Assembly: GCA_965197525.1 (NCBI GenBank)
Contig: OZ240211.1
Location: 1,856,001-1,920,000, forward strand
From: Nitrosopumilus sp.
GTDB lineage: Archaea; Thermoproteota; Nitrososphaeria; Nitrososphaerales; Nitrosopumilaceae
Length of the DNA stretch: 64,000 bases
Direction of reading: 5' to 3'
Made by a program: the position numbers and the translations under genes. Under the pieces are notes generated by a model that made no database searches, was not told the origin of the DNA, and worked only from the letters and a program-made list of their open reading frames with translations. This document shows positions 51,734-62,057 of the stretch, in pieces. Numbering within the stretch: position 1 is the stretch's first letter; every line of letters begins with the position of its first letter.

Positions 51734-51746
51734 CGCGCCTTGTGTA

Positions 51747-52220
51747 TTAAGAGAAGTCTCTGTCTCTTTCTATTGATACAGTATAGTACGGTTTGTCTGC
51801 CCTTCTCTTCTTTGATACAGTAGTTGTAATCTGTGCATCGTCTGCTATTATTAGCTGTCTGTCGTGTCTTATCTCGTCATTATTTTTTAATTTAGGATCA
51901 ACTATCAAGCCGTTATTCTCGGGTGGTGATGCCTGCAGCACCTCAAAGACTCCTCCAGTCAAGTTGTCTAAATCTCCAAGATAGTCAGGCCTGTCTATCC
52001 TTGTTTCAGGATTGGGGTCATAGACTGTCAACTCTAGTTTTATTGGGCCTTTTAGATACTCACCTTTCAATTTTTTACTTTCCTTGTATGCTCTTTGTCT
52101 TAGATTGACTACCAGCTGAATTTGATTATTGCCAGCAGACCACAGTGACGGTTTGGTTTTCTTTGGAGGTTTTCCTTCTACTCTAAATTCAATCTTGTCT
52201 CTCTTTCTTAGAAAATTCAT
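51747..52220 (-). CDS. RusA-like Holliday-junction resolvase fold protein
   Basis: FRVEGKPP, DLDNL and DDAQI resemble the RusA catalytic motifs. Confidence 0.55.
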   Translation of the reverse strand: MNFLRKRDKIEFRVEGKPPKKTKPSLWSAGNNQIQLVVNLRQRAYKESKKLKGEYLKGPIKLELTVYDPNPETRIDRPDYLGDLDNLTGGVFEVLQASPPENNGLIVDPKLKNNDEIRHDRQLIIADDAQITTTVSKKRRADKPYYTVSIERDRDFS

Positions 52221-52424
52221 CTGATATTCTTATCTCGATTTGTATATGTCATAATAATAATATACGTCTACTGTCTTTGCATTTGCTTGTTTATTGATTC
52301 AAATGTGTTGCCACTCCCACAAATCCCAGGATCAAAAATAGTTTGATCTCTAGCTAATATTTGACAAACTTTTAATTTATATCAAATTCATTCTTCTTGT
52401 CTTTCATTGTCACCGAAAGTCAGC

Positions 52425-53375
52425 ATGACAAAAAATGGAATCTTGTGTGTCTTAAAGACCGGGCGTGTAAGCCTTGATCCGAAAAACGGTGACATGACTG
52501 GGATCAACTTTGTATCTCACGCTCATTCTGACCATCTTCCCTCAAGAAATAGTGGTGGTACTATGCTGTCATCCATTGAGACAAACGAGATTGCAAATTT
52601 GCGCGGCTTTAAGATGAAGAATCACGTGGATTCACTTGATGATTTTTCCTTGATTGATAGTGGACATATTCTTGGCGCAAAAGGATTACTATTTGATGAT
52701 ATCTTTTATACTGGTGATATCTGTACCCGAGATCGTGGATTTCTCAAGGGTGCCAAGATTCCTGCATGCAAAACTCTGATTACTGAATGCACGTTTGGGT
52801 TGCCAGAGTTTGTATTCCCAGAACTCGATGTCGTATTAAAGCAGGTAAATGAGCTAATATCTGAACTTTATGCAAAGGGCATTCCCATAATTTTAATGGG
52901 TTATCAATTAGGCAAGGCGCAGACTATCACCCAGTTCTTTGATCACTGGGGACCTATGTATCTTCATGATTCTGTAAAACATATGAATTCACTACATCGC
53001 AAATTTAATGTTCAAATCAAAGATGGTATTGGTCATACTCTTGCAGAGGAAAAGGGTCTACTGGACCAAAAGCCTTGGATTATGGTTGCTCCGTTAATGT
53101 CTAATAGGAGTAAATTTGTTCAAGAGATGAAATCCAAATACGGTGCAGTCACAATTGGTTTTAGTGGATGGGCCCAATCGCAAAAATTTTCTTTTGGACG
53201 GTGTACTGATTACTCTTTTCCCATAAGTGATCACTGTGATTACAATGAACTAGTAGATATGGTTAAACAATCTGGCGCTGAACAAGTGTATACTATACAT
53301 GGTTTTGTCAATGAGTTCGCAGAAGATCTTGAAAAAATCGGTATTAGTGCACGACCATTGCTGAAAGAAGATTAG
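52425..53375 (+). CDS. MBL/beta-CASP-like exonuclease
   Basis: SHAHSDH, SGHILGA, YTGD, ECTFG, SDHCDY. Confidence 0.85.
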   Translation: MTKNGILCVLKTGRVSLDPKNGDMTGINFVSHAHSDHLPSRNSGGTMLSSIETNEIANLRGFKMKNHVDSLDDFSLIDSGHILGAKGLLFDDIFYTGDICTRDRGFLKGAKIPACKTLITECTFGLPEFVFPELDVVLKQVNELISELYAKGIPIILMGYQLGKAQTITQFFDHWGPMYLHDSVKHMNSLHRKFNVQIKDGIGHTLAEEKGLLDQKPWIMVAPLMSNRSKFVQEMKSKYGAVTIGFSGWAQSQKFSFGRCTDYSFPISDHCDYNELVDMVKQSGAEQVYTIHGFVNEFAEDLEKIGISARPLLKED

Positions 53376-53385
53376 TCGAGTACTC

Positions 53386-53622
53386 TTATTTTATATATTT
53401 ACTACAGTTACAATCAGTAGCTAAACATATCTCTGTGTTTCTGATATGATCGTGTGAAAAATGTTTACACTCTTCGTTTTTGCATGTTCTTCTCTCTGTC
53501 TCTTTTTTTACTACCGCTTGAGCTATCTCGTTTGCCTTGTCTTTTGAAAATCCTTTCTTATCAATGTAAAAATGAACTACTGTATTGTATAGCAGATCTG
53601 GTTTGAATGGTTTTTCTAGCAA
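53386..53622 (-). CDS. Small protein with a Cys/His cluster
   Basis: CKNEECKHFSHDH...CLATDCNC. Confidence 0.65.
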   Translation of the reverse strand: MLEKPFKPDLLYNTVVHFYIDKKGFSKDKANEIAQAVVKKETERRTCKNEECKHFSHDHIRNTEICLATDCNCSKYIK

Positions 53623-54687
53623 GATTATCTGATTAGATTACCCCTTTCATATATAAAAATACAATGACCGGAAATATATTTGAAGCATCGATTTTGAGGC
53701 TAACTTGTGTTTATTGCCAAATCAATCAGATCTATTCTTGTGTATCTATGTGAAATGGACACATCAAAGTTTTGATCCTATTTACACTTGCTATTAATTT
53801 TTTTTATATTTGGTATCCTGCGTTAGAACAAGTGTACACAATACTAAATAAATAAAATAAATCAATGCTGATTCTAGATATATGCTTGTACTTTTATTTG
53901 GTCGTTTGCATAGAACTAACCGACTAAACTAAAACATATACAACAAACTAGATTGTCATAGACGCATTTGCTGCAATATCTAACAAGTGATGCTGTAACT
54001 AATAGAATTCTATCTTTTGGATCTTCTCATCTGCCAGATATCTCTCTTTAACAGTATTGCCTCTTTTTATTCCCTCTTCTAAAATATGTCCCCTTGTGGC
54101 AATCACACTTACATGATTCATCATTACAAAATCCCTTACCATCTTCTAGCATATCTCTATTACCACTTCATCATATTTGAAACATTAGTCTTTTCGAATA
54201 TGTTTTGACAGGTTATTGAAATTTCACTCAGATTTGATCTTGAAATATCTATAATACAGCCCTGCCAAGTTGCTGTTACCTGATTCTTCTTGTCATAGAT
54301 GATAATCAAAGCGAATATCTTTGGTGTGGATAAGAATCAAAAGCTTGTGGAGACAACAAAACTTTCCATGCTTCTTAAATAAACAGCATCACTGAAAGAA
54401 AGAAGATTGCCTAGTCTTTTTGATAGTAGTATCGACATTGGAAACAGCACGGTAAAAAAATTCCTCAAGACAAATTACCAGAAGAACTCAGATTAAACGA
54501 TCACATGCTCATACTGAACTATCTTTTAATCATACCACTTTGAGAGAAATCTTTATCATGGTAAGGAGATATCTAGGCGTGGAATGGTGGTGGTATTATC
54601 AAGAGCGCAACATGGTAAAAAAATGATCAGATGGTAAAAAAATAATGACGAAGCAAATATTAAATATCCACTTTGAGACAGTATGTC

Positions 54688-54879
54688 ATGAAACAAGCGG
54701 TGTCATTAACTCAATACGGTAAGATCGTATTGACAAAGGATCAAATTGACGAAGTTCACACGTTCAAAACAAATTTACAACATGGCTCTGCCGATATTTC
54801 CTTTGAGGGTTCTCTCATAGAGGGCACAGCATATCTTAAGGGATTGGCAGAAATTGTGGAAGCTACTAATCACTCATAA
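54688..54879 (+). CDS. Short hypothetical ORF
   Basis: ORF only. Confidence 0.3.
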   Translation: MKQAVSLTQYGKIVLTKDQIDEVHTFKTNLQHGSADISFEGSLIEGTAYLKGLAEIVEATNHS

Positions 54880-55163
54880 CTTCATCACTCAATTTTTGAA
54901 GTTGTAAAGAGGTCAGCATGTCTTTATCTTGGATTCTCTACGTTTTCTAGTTGATGTCCTGAATCTGGATGCTGAACCAGAGTTTGAGGTGATTGATGAC
55001 TATACTAACTCCCATGAATCCATGCCATTTCCGATCACGTATCATATAGATTACGATAATGAGCGGTTGTATCTAATCTCAATTGAAAAACATTTGATCA
55101 AATAGTATTATAATTGAATCCTAAACTGTTAAAAAGGGTATTAGTGGCAAACGCACTAAAGAC

Positions 55164-55834
55164 ATGACTCATGAAATTTTAAAAAATCCAACTGGACTAA
55201 TCGAATTTACCCTAAACAGAGGTGAAAGGGTGACTGCAGAATCTGCAGCTATGGTATACATTCAAGGCGATATTGAAACTGAAACCAAGATGCGAAAAGG
55301 CGGTTTTCTTAAATCGTTAAAGGCTGCAGCGCTAGGTGGCGAATCATTTTTTGTCAATGAGTTTATTGCACACGATGATAACTGCAAGTTGGGATTAACA
55401 GGGAACATGCTTGGTGATATTGAGGTCATTCCAGTCAGTGATGAATTCATTGTCCAGTCAGGTGCATTTGTCTGCTCTACTGGTGACTTGACACTTGATA
55501 CGCAGTGGCAAGGATTTTCAAAGGGGATATTTGGCAGCAATCTGTTTATGCTAAAGACAGTTGGCTCTGGAGAGATGTTTGTCAATGCGTGGGGTGGAAT
55601 TATCAAAAAGATCTCGAATCTGGTCAAAAAATGATAGTTGACAACTATCAACTAGTAGCACTAAGTTCTAGTGCAGAGTATAGGGTGACAAAACACGGTA
55701 GTCTAAAGACAACTTTGTTTGGTGGGGAAGCCCTAGTAATTGAGATTACCGGTCCGGGTACAGTATACCTGCAGACTAAAAACATCATGGAATTTACAAG
55801 GGCAATAATTCCATTTTTGCCCAAAAGACACTAG
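55164..55834 (+). pseudogene. AIM24/TIGR00266-family gene with a single-base frameshift at A5 (55605-55609)
   Basis: AESAAMVY, GGESFF, FGSNLF; the C-terminal half (FGGEAL...GPGTVYLQT) is in the -1 frame. Confidence 0.85.
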
Positions 55835-55951
55835 CTGACAATGGTTTAGAGCCTGACTTGCAGGATTTTATTAATTGAGACTTGAATATCTGTCTTTTAG
55901 ACCATGTTCTGAATCTGATAATATCAACTTGCAAACAGATACTCTTGCATC

Positions 55952-57232
55952 TTACTTTAAAATTACGCCTATGTCCATCAAATTGGTGTGGGTTGGACCT
56001 GTAATGATGTTGTTTTTTTGTTTTTGAAAATATCTTCCCGAATCGCTATTTTTTAGAAATTCTTTGATTGTATCTGTATCTACTTTGACATTATCCGTAA
56101 TTGCTCCTGCAAAGACAGAGTTACCGTCAATACCGTCTGTACCAATAGATGCTATGACCATCCTGTCTAACTTTTGAGTATTCTTTAGCATTCTTAAAAC
56201 TAGTTCTTGATTTCTTCCGCCCATTCCTTTTCCTAAAACACGAAGCGTTGTCTCTCCTCCAAAGATAATGCAGTCATTCTCTTCATTTGCAATCTCTTTT
56301 AGAATCTCTTTGACTGAGTCTTTGATATCTCCAAAAACCTGCATCTTGTAGACTGTACACCCTAACTGTTCTGCAGTTTTCTGCATTATTCTTAGACAGT
56401 CATTGTTGTTTACTATTATGTAATTATCCATCTTTGTTTTTTTAGGCGTCTCTCCGTTTTCTCCTAGCTCTTCTCCTTTTTTTAGAACTCGCAATACGTC
56501 TGTGGGAATCTTTGATCTTATCTTGTACTTGTCTATGATCTGTAGCGCATCTGCATAGGTCGTATCATCCATGTATGTAGTTCCTGATGCAATAGATGAC
56601 AGATCATCTCCTTGAACATCTGACATTACCAAGCCTATTCCTGCACATCTCATATTCTGAATTAATCTGCCTCCTTTGATCTTTGATAGATGTTTTCTAA
56701 TACAGTTGAACTCTTGAATTGTGGCCCCTGATTTTAGCAGTACGTCAGTTACGTATATCTTATCCTCAAGCGTAATGTTGTCAGGCATTGCAAGAAGAGA
56801 TGACCCTCCTCCTGAGATTAAAAAAATTACCAACTCGTCTTCTCGTCTATTCTCCACAAACTTCATCACCTCTTTTGCGGCCTTTACGCTTGTTTTGTCT
56901 GGTTTTGGATGCCTTGAATTAAAAATATGAAATTTCTTTCCCTTGATTACTGATTTAGAACCCTTGGGAATTACAATAATTCCGCTTTTTATAGGAACAA
57001 CGTTGTTTATTGCCCTAGTCATTGAATCTCCTGCCTTCCCAAACGCAACTGTATGGATGGCAGAATACTTTGTCATATCCCATATGTTGCCACCAATCAC
57101 TATTTTAGTTGGTGTAACATACTTTGAGATGATCCTCTCCGGATCTGCTGCCTGCAGACCTGACTCTAAAATCTTTAAAACTGCTTCTCTATTTTTAGTC
57201 GTTGCAAGCTCTTTGTAATTCTTAATAATCAT
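55952..57232 (-). CDS. Glycerate 2-kinase (MOFRL/TtuD family)
   Basis: FGKAG, LISGGGSSL, KHLSKIKGG, GGETT, GGRNQE, GTDGIDG, TNLMD. Confidence 0.92.
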   Translation of the reverse strand: MIIKNYKELATTKNREAVLKILESGLQAADPERIISKYVTPTKIVIGGNIWDMTKYSAIHTVAFGKAGDSMTRAINNVVPIKSGIIVIPKGSKSVIKGKKFHIFNSRHPKPDKTSVKAAKEVMKFVENRREDELVIFLISGGGSSLLAMPDNITLEDKIYVTDVLLKSGATIQEFNCIRKHLSKIKGGRLIQNMRCAGIGLVMSDVQGDDLSSIASGTTYMDDTTYADALQIIDKYKIRSKIPTDVLRVLKKGEELGENGETPKKTKMDNYIIVNNNDCLRIMQKTAEQLGCTVYKMQVFGDIKDSVKEILKEIANEENDCIIFGGETTLRVLGKGMGGRNQELVLRMLKNTQKLDRMVIASIGTDGIDGNSVFAGAITDNVKVDTDTIKEFLKNSDSGRYFQKQKNNIITGPTHTNLMDIGVILK

Positions 57233-57285
57233 ACCATCATCTATGAATTGTAAGATATAATAATAATCAATATTGTTGTTGATTT

Positions 57286-58230
57286 ATGCAAACAGTACGT
57301 ATTCCAAAAGTTATTCATTTTGGAGAAGACGCACTTGGTCAAACAGAGTATCCTAACAATGCCCTAGTTGTCACAACTGTTCCACCAGAACTATCTGATA
57401 AATGGCTGGCAAAAATGGGCATCAAAGACTACATGTTGTACGATCAAGTAAAACCTGAACCCTCAATTGAGGATGTCAATACTGTTATTTCCCAATTCAA
57501 AGACAAGGACCCATCTGTTCTTATAGGACTCGGTGGCGGAAGTTCGATGGATGTAGTAAAATATGCTGCACCTGAGATGAAAAAAGAGAAGATCTTAATT
57601 CCAACAACGTTTGGAACCGGTGCTGAAATGACAACTTATTGTGTCCTGAAATTCGATGGAAAAAAGAAGTTGTTGCGTGAAGACAGATTTTTAGCCGATA
57701 TGGCAGTAGTCGATTCGTATTTTATGGATGGAACTCCGGAGCAGGTTTTAAAGAATTCTGTATGTGATGCGTGCGCTCAAGCTACTGAAGGATATGATAG
57801 CAAGCTCGGTAGTGACTTGACTAGAACACTATGCAAACAAGCATTTGACATTCTCTATGATGCAATCATCAACGACAAACCAGAGAACTATCCATACGGT
57901 TCCATGTTATCTGGAATGGGATTTGGTAACTGTTCTACAACACTGGGGCATGCTTTATCATATGTGTTCTCAAATGAGGGTGTACCACATGGGTATTCCT
58001 TATCATCTTGTACTACAGTCGCACACAAACATAACAAGTCAATCTTTTATGATCGATTCAAAGAGGCTATGGATAAACTTGGATTTGACAAGCTAGATCT
58101 CAAAGCTGACGTCTCAGAAGCTGCTGATATCGTAATGACTGATAAAGGTCACTTGGATCCAAATCCAATTCCGATATCTAAAGATGATGTAATACAGTGT
58201 CTAGAAGATATCAAAGCAGGAAGTCTGTAA
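57286..58230 (+). CDS. Fe-containing alcohol dehydrogenase, malonic semialdehyde reductase type (3HP/4HB cycle)
   Basis: GLGGGSSMD, PTTFGTGAE, GHALSY..GVPHG; closely resembles the Nitrosopumilus MSR as recalled. The succinic semialdehyde reductase paralogue is not excluded. Confidence 0.8.
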   Translation: MQTVRIPKVIHFGEDALGQTEYPNNALVVTTVPPELSDKWLAKMGIKDYMLYDQVKPEPSIEDVNTVISQFKDKDPSVLIGLGGGSSMDVVKYAAPEMKKEKILIPTTFGTGAEMTTYCVLKFDGKKKLLREDRFLADMAVVDSYFMDGTPEQVLKNSVCDACAQATEGYDSKLGSDLTRTLCKQAFDILYDAIINDKPENYPYGSMLSGMGFGNCSTTLGHALSYVFSNEGVPHGYSLSSCTTVAHKHNKSIFYDRFKEAMDKLGFDKLDLKADVSEAADIVMTDKGHLDPNPIPISKDDVIQCLEDIKAGSL

Positions 58231-58322
58231 AAACATCTTTGCTTTTTTTTATTTATTTTTTATATTCCTACAACAATCTACGAAATCAGTACCTTGACTA
58301 AACTTTTTATTCTAAGACTCTC

Positions 58323-59435
58323 ATGGAAAAGTACGTGACTGAAAATAAACTAAAATTTGGTATTCAAAACGGATTAAACGTTGCAAGAGCAGGCTATACT
58401 GAGGATCAGATCCTGACTGCATGTATGTTAGCTGACAAGACTGGATATGACTCCATATTCTATATGGATCATACCAACGTCCCACAATGGAAGAATGCCA
58501 TAGTCTTGGATCCGTGGGTTATGTTATCTGCAATTGCTGCAGTAACCAACAATGTAGAACTTGGAACATGTGTTACTGATGCCATCAGACGTCATCCGTC
58601 TAACATTGCACTAGCTGCCATTACACTTGACAGGGTCTCAAAAGGCCGCGCAATACTCGGAATTGGCGCAGGCGAAGCTCAAAACCTCAAAGAGTTTTGT
58701 ATTCCATTTGAAAAACCTGTTTCAAAATGGGCAGAACAGATTGAGGCTATTCATACATTATACGATTCAACTCCTGATAATACGGTCAACTATACGGGCA
58801 AATACTATCAACTAGAGGGCGCATGTCTGCAGGCACCTCCGATTAGAAAACCCCGTCCTCCTACATATATGGCAGCAGGTGGAAAACGTACACTTGCGTT
58901 AACTGGAAAACTTGGAGACGGTTGGCTGCCAATAGGATACACTCCTGAACTCTTCGAAGATCACGCAAAGCAGATAAAAGCATCCATGGAGAAGAACAAC
59001 AGAACGCAGGATGAGAAAGACAGATTCCAATATGCACTTGATATTGATGTGTATTTCTCAGATGACGCAGAAGCATCATGGGCACGAATGAAAGAAGCAG
59101 TAAAGGTCAGTCTGTTCAAGCCTGAGGTCTTACGAGTCCATGGACTAAAGGATATCGAGGGATTTGACTTTGTGAAATACTTTACAGAGTATTCAATGTC
59201 AAATCAAGACTGGATTGTACAGATGAGAGAGGCTGCAACAAAGATACCTGATGGCATAGCACGTTCGTCAACTGCTGTTGGTACACCTGAGGATGTCATT
59301 CCTACATTTGAGAGATTCATGGATGCTGGCGTAAACCACTTTGTAATCCGATTCTGGGGCAAGAACTACTTTGGCTCCATTGACAAGTTTGCAAGTCATG
59401 TGATGCCTGTACTACGAGAGCGTGCCAAAAAATAA
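58323..59435 (+). CDS. LLM-class (F420/flavin-dependent) oxidoreductase
   Basis: DPWVMLSAIA, LDRVSKGRAILGIGAGE, GKLGDGWLP. Confidence 0.9.
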   Translation: MEKYVTENKLKFGIQNGLNVARAGYTEDQILTACMLADKTGYDSIFYMDHTNVPQWKNAIVLDPWVMLSAIAAVTNNVELGTCVTDAIRRHPSNIALAAITLDRVSKGRAILGIGAGEAQNLKEFCIPFEKPVSKWAEQIEAIHTLYDSTPDNTVNYTGKYYQLEGACLQAPPIRKPRPPTYMAAGGKRTLALTGKLGDGWLPIGYTPELFEDHAKQIKASMEKNNRTQDEKDRFQYALDIDVYFSDDAEASWARMKEAVKVSLFKPEVLRVHGLKDIEGFDFVKYFTEYSMSNQDWIVQMREAATKIPDGIARSSTAVGTPEDVIPTFERFMDAGVNHFVIRFWGKNYFGSIDKFASHVMPVLRERAKK

Positions 59436-59474
59436 GCTGTAGAAAGCCATTTACATTACTGCTTTTAATAGAGT

Positions 59475-59741
59475 TTGTTGGAGAACATTGATAATACTGA
59501 CTATGATGATGATGGCGATTTTTCTACTCTAGTCCAAGAATGTATTGACATCCTAGATGAAAATGTTGATGTTTTGGCAGATATCGAGTTTGACCTTCGA
59601 CATGAGCATGAAGATGAAGACGAGTTGACCCCTAACATACAACTGCACGATCTATATGATATGGCAGACGATGCTGCAGAGTCTGCAAAACTCAAGCGTG
59701 CCGAATTCAGCTTCTCTCAAAGACAACTTGACAATCTATGA
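59475..59741 (+). CDS. Small acidic hypothetical protein
   Basis: 88 aa, D/E-rich; TTG start. Confidence 0.4.
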   Translation: MLENIDNTDYDDDGDFSTLVQECIDILDENVDVLADIEFDLRHEHEDEDELTPNIQLHDLYDMADDAAESAKLKRAEFSFSQRQLDNL

Positions 59742-60161
59742 TTTGTGCGGTCTCTTACTTTTTGTAAATGATTTTGATCGGCGTCTGTTTTTCTGTTTTT
59801 CTAACCTCTTTCTCGTACGCTCTGTCGCCTTGGTTGATCCTTGAATGACCTTTGTCTTGCTGCCATCCTTTAGCATAATCTCTTTTCCCTTGAATCTGAA
59901 CTCAATATCTCTGCACTTGACATAGTATTTCCTAAGACAGAAAAATATCCTGTTGTTTGTCCCGTGCATCTCTTTTACTTCTCTTGATTTCTTTAACTCG
60001 TTTAGAATATTTCGTAGTACGCCCTTGTCGATATCTGTGATTCTATGCAACTCTCTGAACCAAATGAATTTTGATTTAGAACCCCATTCCTCCAAGACAT
60101 CTAACGTTTTACGCATGTCTGTATCTCTTTGTATTTGAATGTCAGTATCTGCCACCATCAT
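59736..60161 (-). CDS. Winged-helix-like protein with a basic tail
   Basis: WFRELHRITDIDKGVLRNILNELK HTH-like pattern. Confidence 0.5.
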   Translation of the reverse strand: MMVADTDIQIQRDTDMRKTLDVLEEWGSKSKFIWFRELHRITDIDKGVLRNILNELKKSREVKEMHGTNNRIFFCLRKYYVKCRDIEFRFKGKEIMLKDGSKTKVIQGSTKATERTRKRLEKQKNRRRSKSFTKSKRPHKS

Positions 60162-60338
60162 CTATACAGTCTTTTTTATCCCTCATTTATAGTCCGTTGC
60201 ATAACTCATCATACCTATCATTAAAATTACTAGATCCTTCTAGCTACCAACTATCCTTACAAAATAAGCATATAACCTAGCTATTTACTCAAATTTTATT
60301 CTGTAATCATTCTTTAAAATGATCTATAAAGTAACCAT

Positions 60339-60584
60339 ATGGCCAAACAAGCCAAAAAACGAACCAAACGAAAGATAAATTACGCACAACAGGATGCCAA
60401 ATACATCGCCCAGGGTAAAGAGATGGGCAGATATATCGAAGAGATCATGAAATCACAGATTGAAAGGGACAAAAGCGGTTTTATGAAAAACTGTGATGGG
60501 ATGACTAGACTCTTACTTGCAGCAGAAGAATATCACAGAAATCCACTCGTGTTCTCGAATGATAAAAAGACATCATCATCATGA
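60339..60584 (+). pseudogene. Truncated N-terminus of the outer element's transposase
   Basis: KRTKRKINYAQQDAKYIAQGKEM aligns with KRTKKKIDHTHNDTVQIHIGEM in the intact transposase. Confidence 0.55.
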
Positions 60585-60595
60585 CATAATGGCGA

Positions 60596-61756
60596 TTATA
60601 CGGATGAAGTGGCGCTATGTTGTGAAAAGCGTCTTACACTGTTGTAGATATCTATCTTTAGTCTGATCTCATGAATGATGTTTTGCATGGTAATAGCTTT
60701 GACTGAATGCCCAAACATTCGTTTGAATGTAGAGAATGTAATCTCTACTAACCATCGCCTGCTGTAACCCGCCTGTTTCTTCCATTTGTTCCTGTTCTTC
60801 TGACGATCTTCTGCGCTGATCTTGTCCATCTCTTTTGGATTGGTAGTATGCCCGCCTAACTGTTCTAGTATTGCACAATCGCGGCTTGTATGCAGATATC
60901 TGCCATTCTCATCAGATGTGCACTTTGCATTGTTTCGTATTCGTATATACGGGGTTATTCTCATGGATTCACAGTAATCAAAGATCTCTTTAGAGTCATA
61001 TCCCCCATCTGCACGCATCTCAACTTCGATATTTGGTCCACGACCACCTTTTGTCATATCTTCCATCTCTTTACGACGTTTTTTCGGATCTATTCCAAGG
61101 CATACTAGTGCGTCATTTATCATCAGAATGCATTGAGGAGCATCGCCTGTATGCTCATCAGTCACTCTAAAGGCAAGTATCTCTTGAGTCTCTTGACTTG
61201 TCATTATACTGAGCCTGATGAATCCCAGCTTTGTTTTGTATTTGTGATGTCTCCAAAAACTATAGTCAGAAGGTGACAGACCCGTACCATCTGGAACTAG
61301 CTGTACAAACATCCCCTTTCGCTCTATTTTGATTGAATATATTGATGGCAAGAGATCTATCTTGTTTACCCTTCTGCACAGTACCGAATAATCAGGAGTT
61401 CTCTCTTCTCCTATCTGTTTCTTTACCATTCCAACACATTTACGATAGGTTGTGTCCAAAATAAGCTTCAAAATTGCAATCTCCTTTATCATACTATTCG
61501 TATATTTGAATTTTGCACCTTCTTTTCCTTTGTTCATATCTGCAAGCTCTGCACGTTCATCATCAACGGATGCAAACTTTGGTTGTGCCATTTCACCAAT
61601 ATGGATTTGCACTGTATCATTATGGGTATGGTCTATCTTCTTTTTAGTACGTTTGGGGTACTGGTTATACGGTGAATTTTTGGATTCGTTCTTCTTCTTC
61701 TTTTCCTGTTTTCCAACACTTTTCTTGGAATTCTTCTTCTTTGTTTTTAACATCAA
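60596..61756 (-). CDS. IS5-family DDE transposase (intact)
   Basis: PDYSVLCRR, VPDGTG (D1), RADGGYD (D2), YSRRWLVEITFSTFKR (YREK/E). Confidence 0.92.
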   Translation of the reverse strand: MMLKTKKKNSKKSVGKQEKKKKNESKNSPYNQYPKRTKKKIDHTHNDTVQIHIGEMAQPKFASVDDERAELADMNKGKEGAKFKYTNSMIKEIAILKLILDTTYRKCVGMVKKQIGEERTPDYSVLCRRVNKIDLLPSIYSIKIERKGMFVQLVPDGTGLSPSDYSFWRHHKYKTKLGFIRLSIMTSQETQEILAFRVTDEHTGDAPQCILMINDALVCLGIDPKKRRKEMEDMTKGGRGPNIEVEMRADGGYDSKEIFDYCESMRITPYIRIRNNAKCTSDENGRYLHTSRDCAILEQLGGHTTNPKEMDKISAEDRQKNRNKWKKQAGYSRRWLVEITFSTFKRMFGHSVKAITMQNIIHEIRLKIDIYNSVRRFSQHSATSSV

Positions 61757-61810
61757 GATACGCTCTCAAAATAATTTTAAAACGATATGACTTGAAATTT
61801 CACAACATAG
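60615..61810 (-). mobile_element. Inner IS5-family element with 13-bp IRs
   Basis: CTATGTTGTGAAA (60615-60627) and TTTCACAACATAG (61798-61810) flank the transposase. Confidence 0.7.
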
Positions 61811-62057
61811 TTTGTTGTATTTATATACTAATTCTGAATTATTAATTGACTGACTGCGGTAGTAGTTAGAATATGGGTAGGAATAAGGAGTTATGCAACG
61901 GACTACTAATTTGGGAACATAATCGACTAAATTTTAGGCACATTTCCATCTACTAATGTTGGGAAAAAATATTCTATTAGTTGATATTTTTAAACTTGAT
62001 CTGTTATCCTAAACTATAATTATAAAATCAATATGACAAGCAGGCGCGTAACATAAT

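Larger units (their letters stand above)
60190..61905. mobile_element. Outer IS5-family (IS903-like) element with perfect 18-bp TIRs
   Basis: TAGTCCGTTGCATAACTC (60190-60207) and GAGTTATGCAACGGACTA (61888-61905); imperfect 8-bp flanks ctcattta/ctaatttg. Confidence 0.85.

Noticed and set aside
53630-55160. 1.5-kb poorly coding interval
   Set aside because: Only short ORF fragments, with no RNA structure or family motif I can support; probably eroded DNA.
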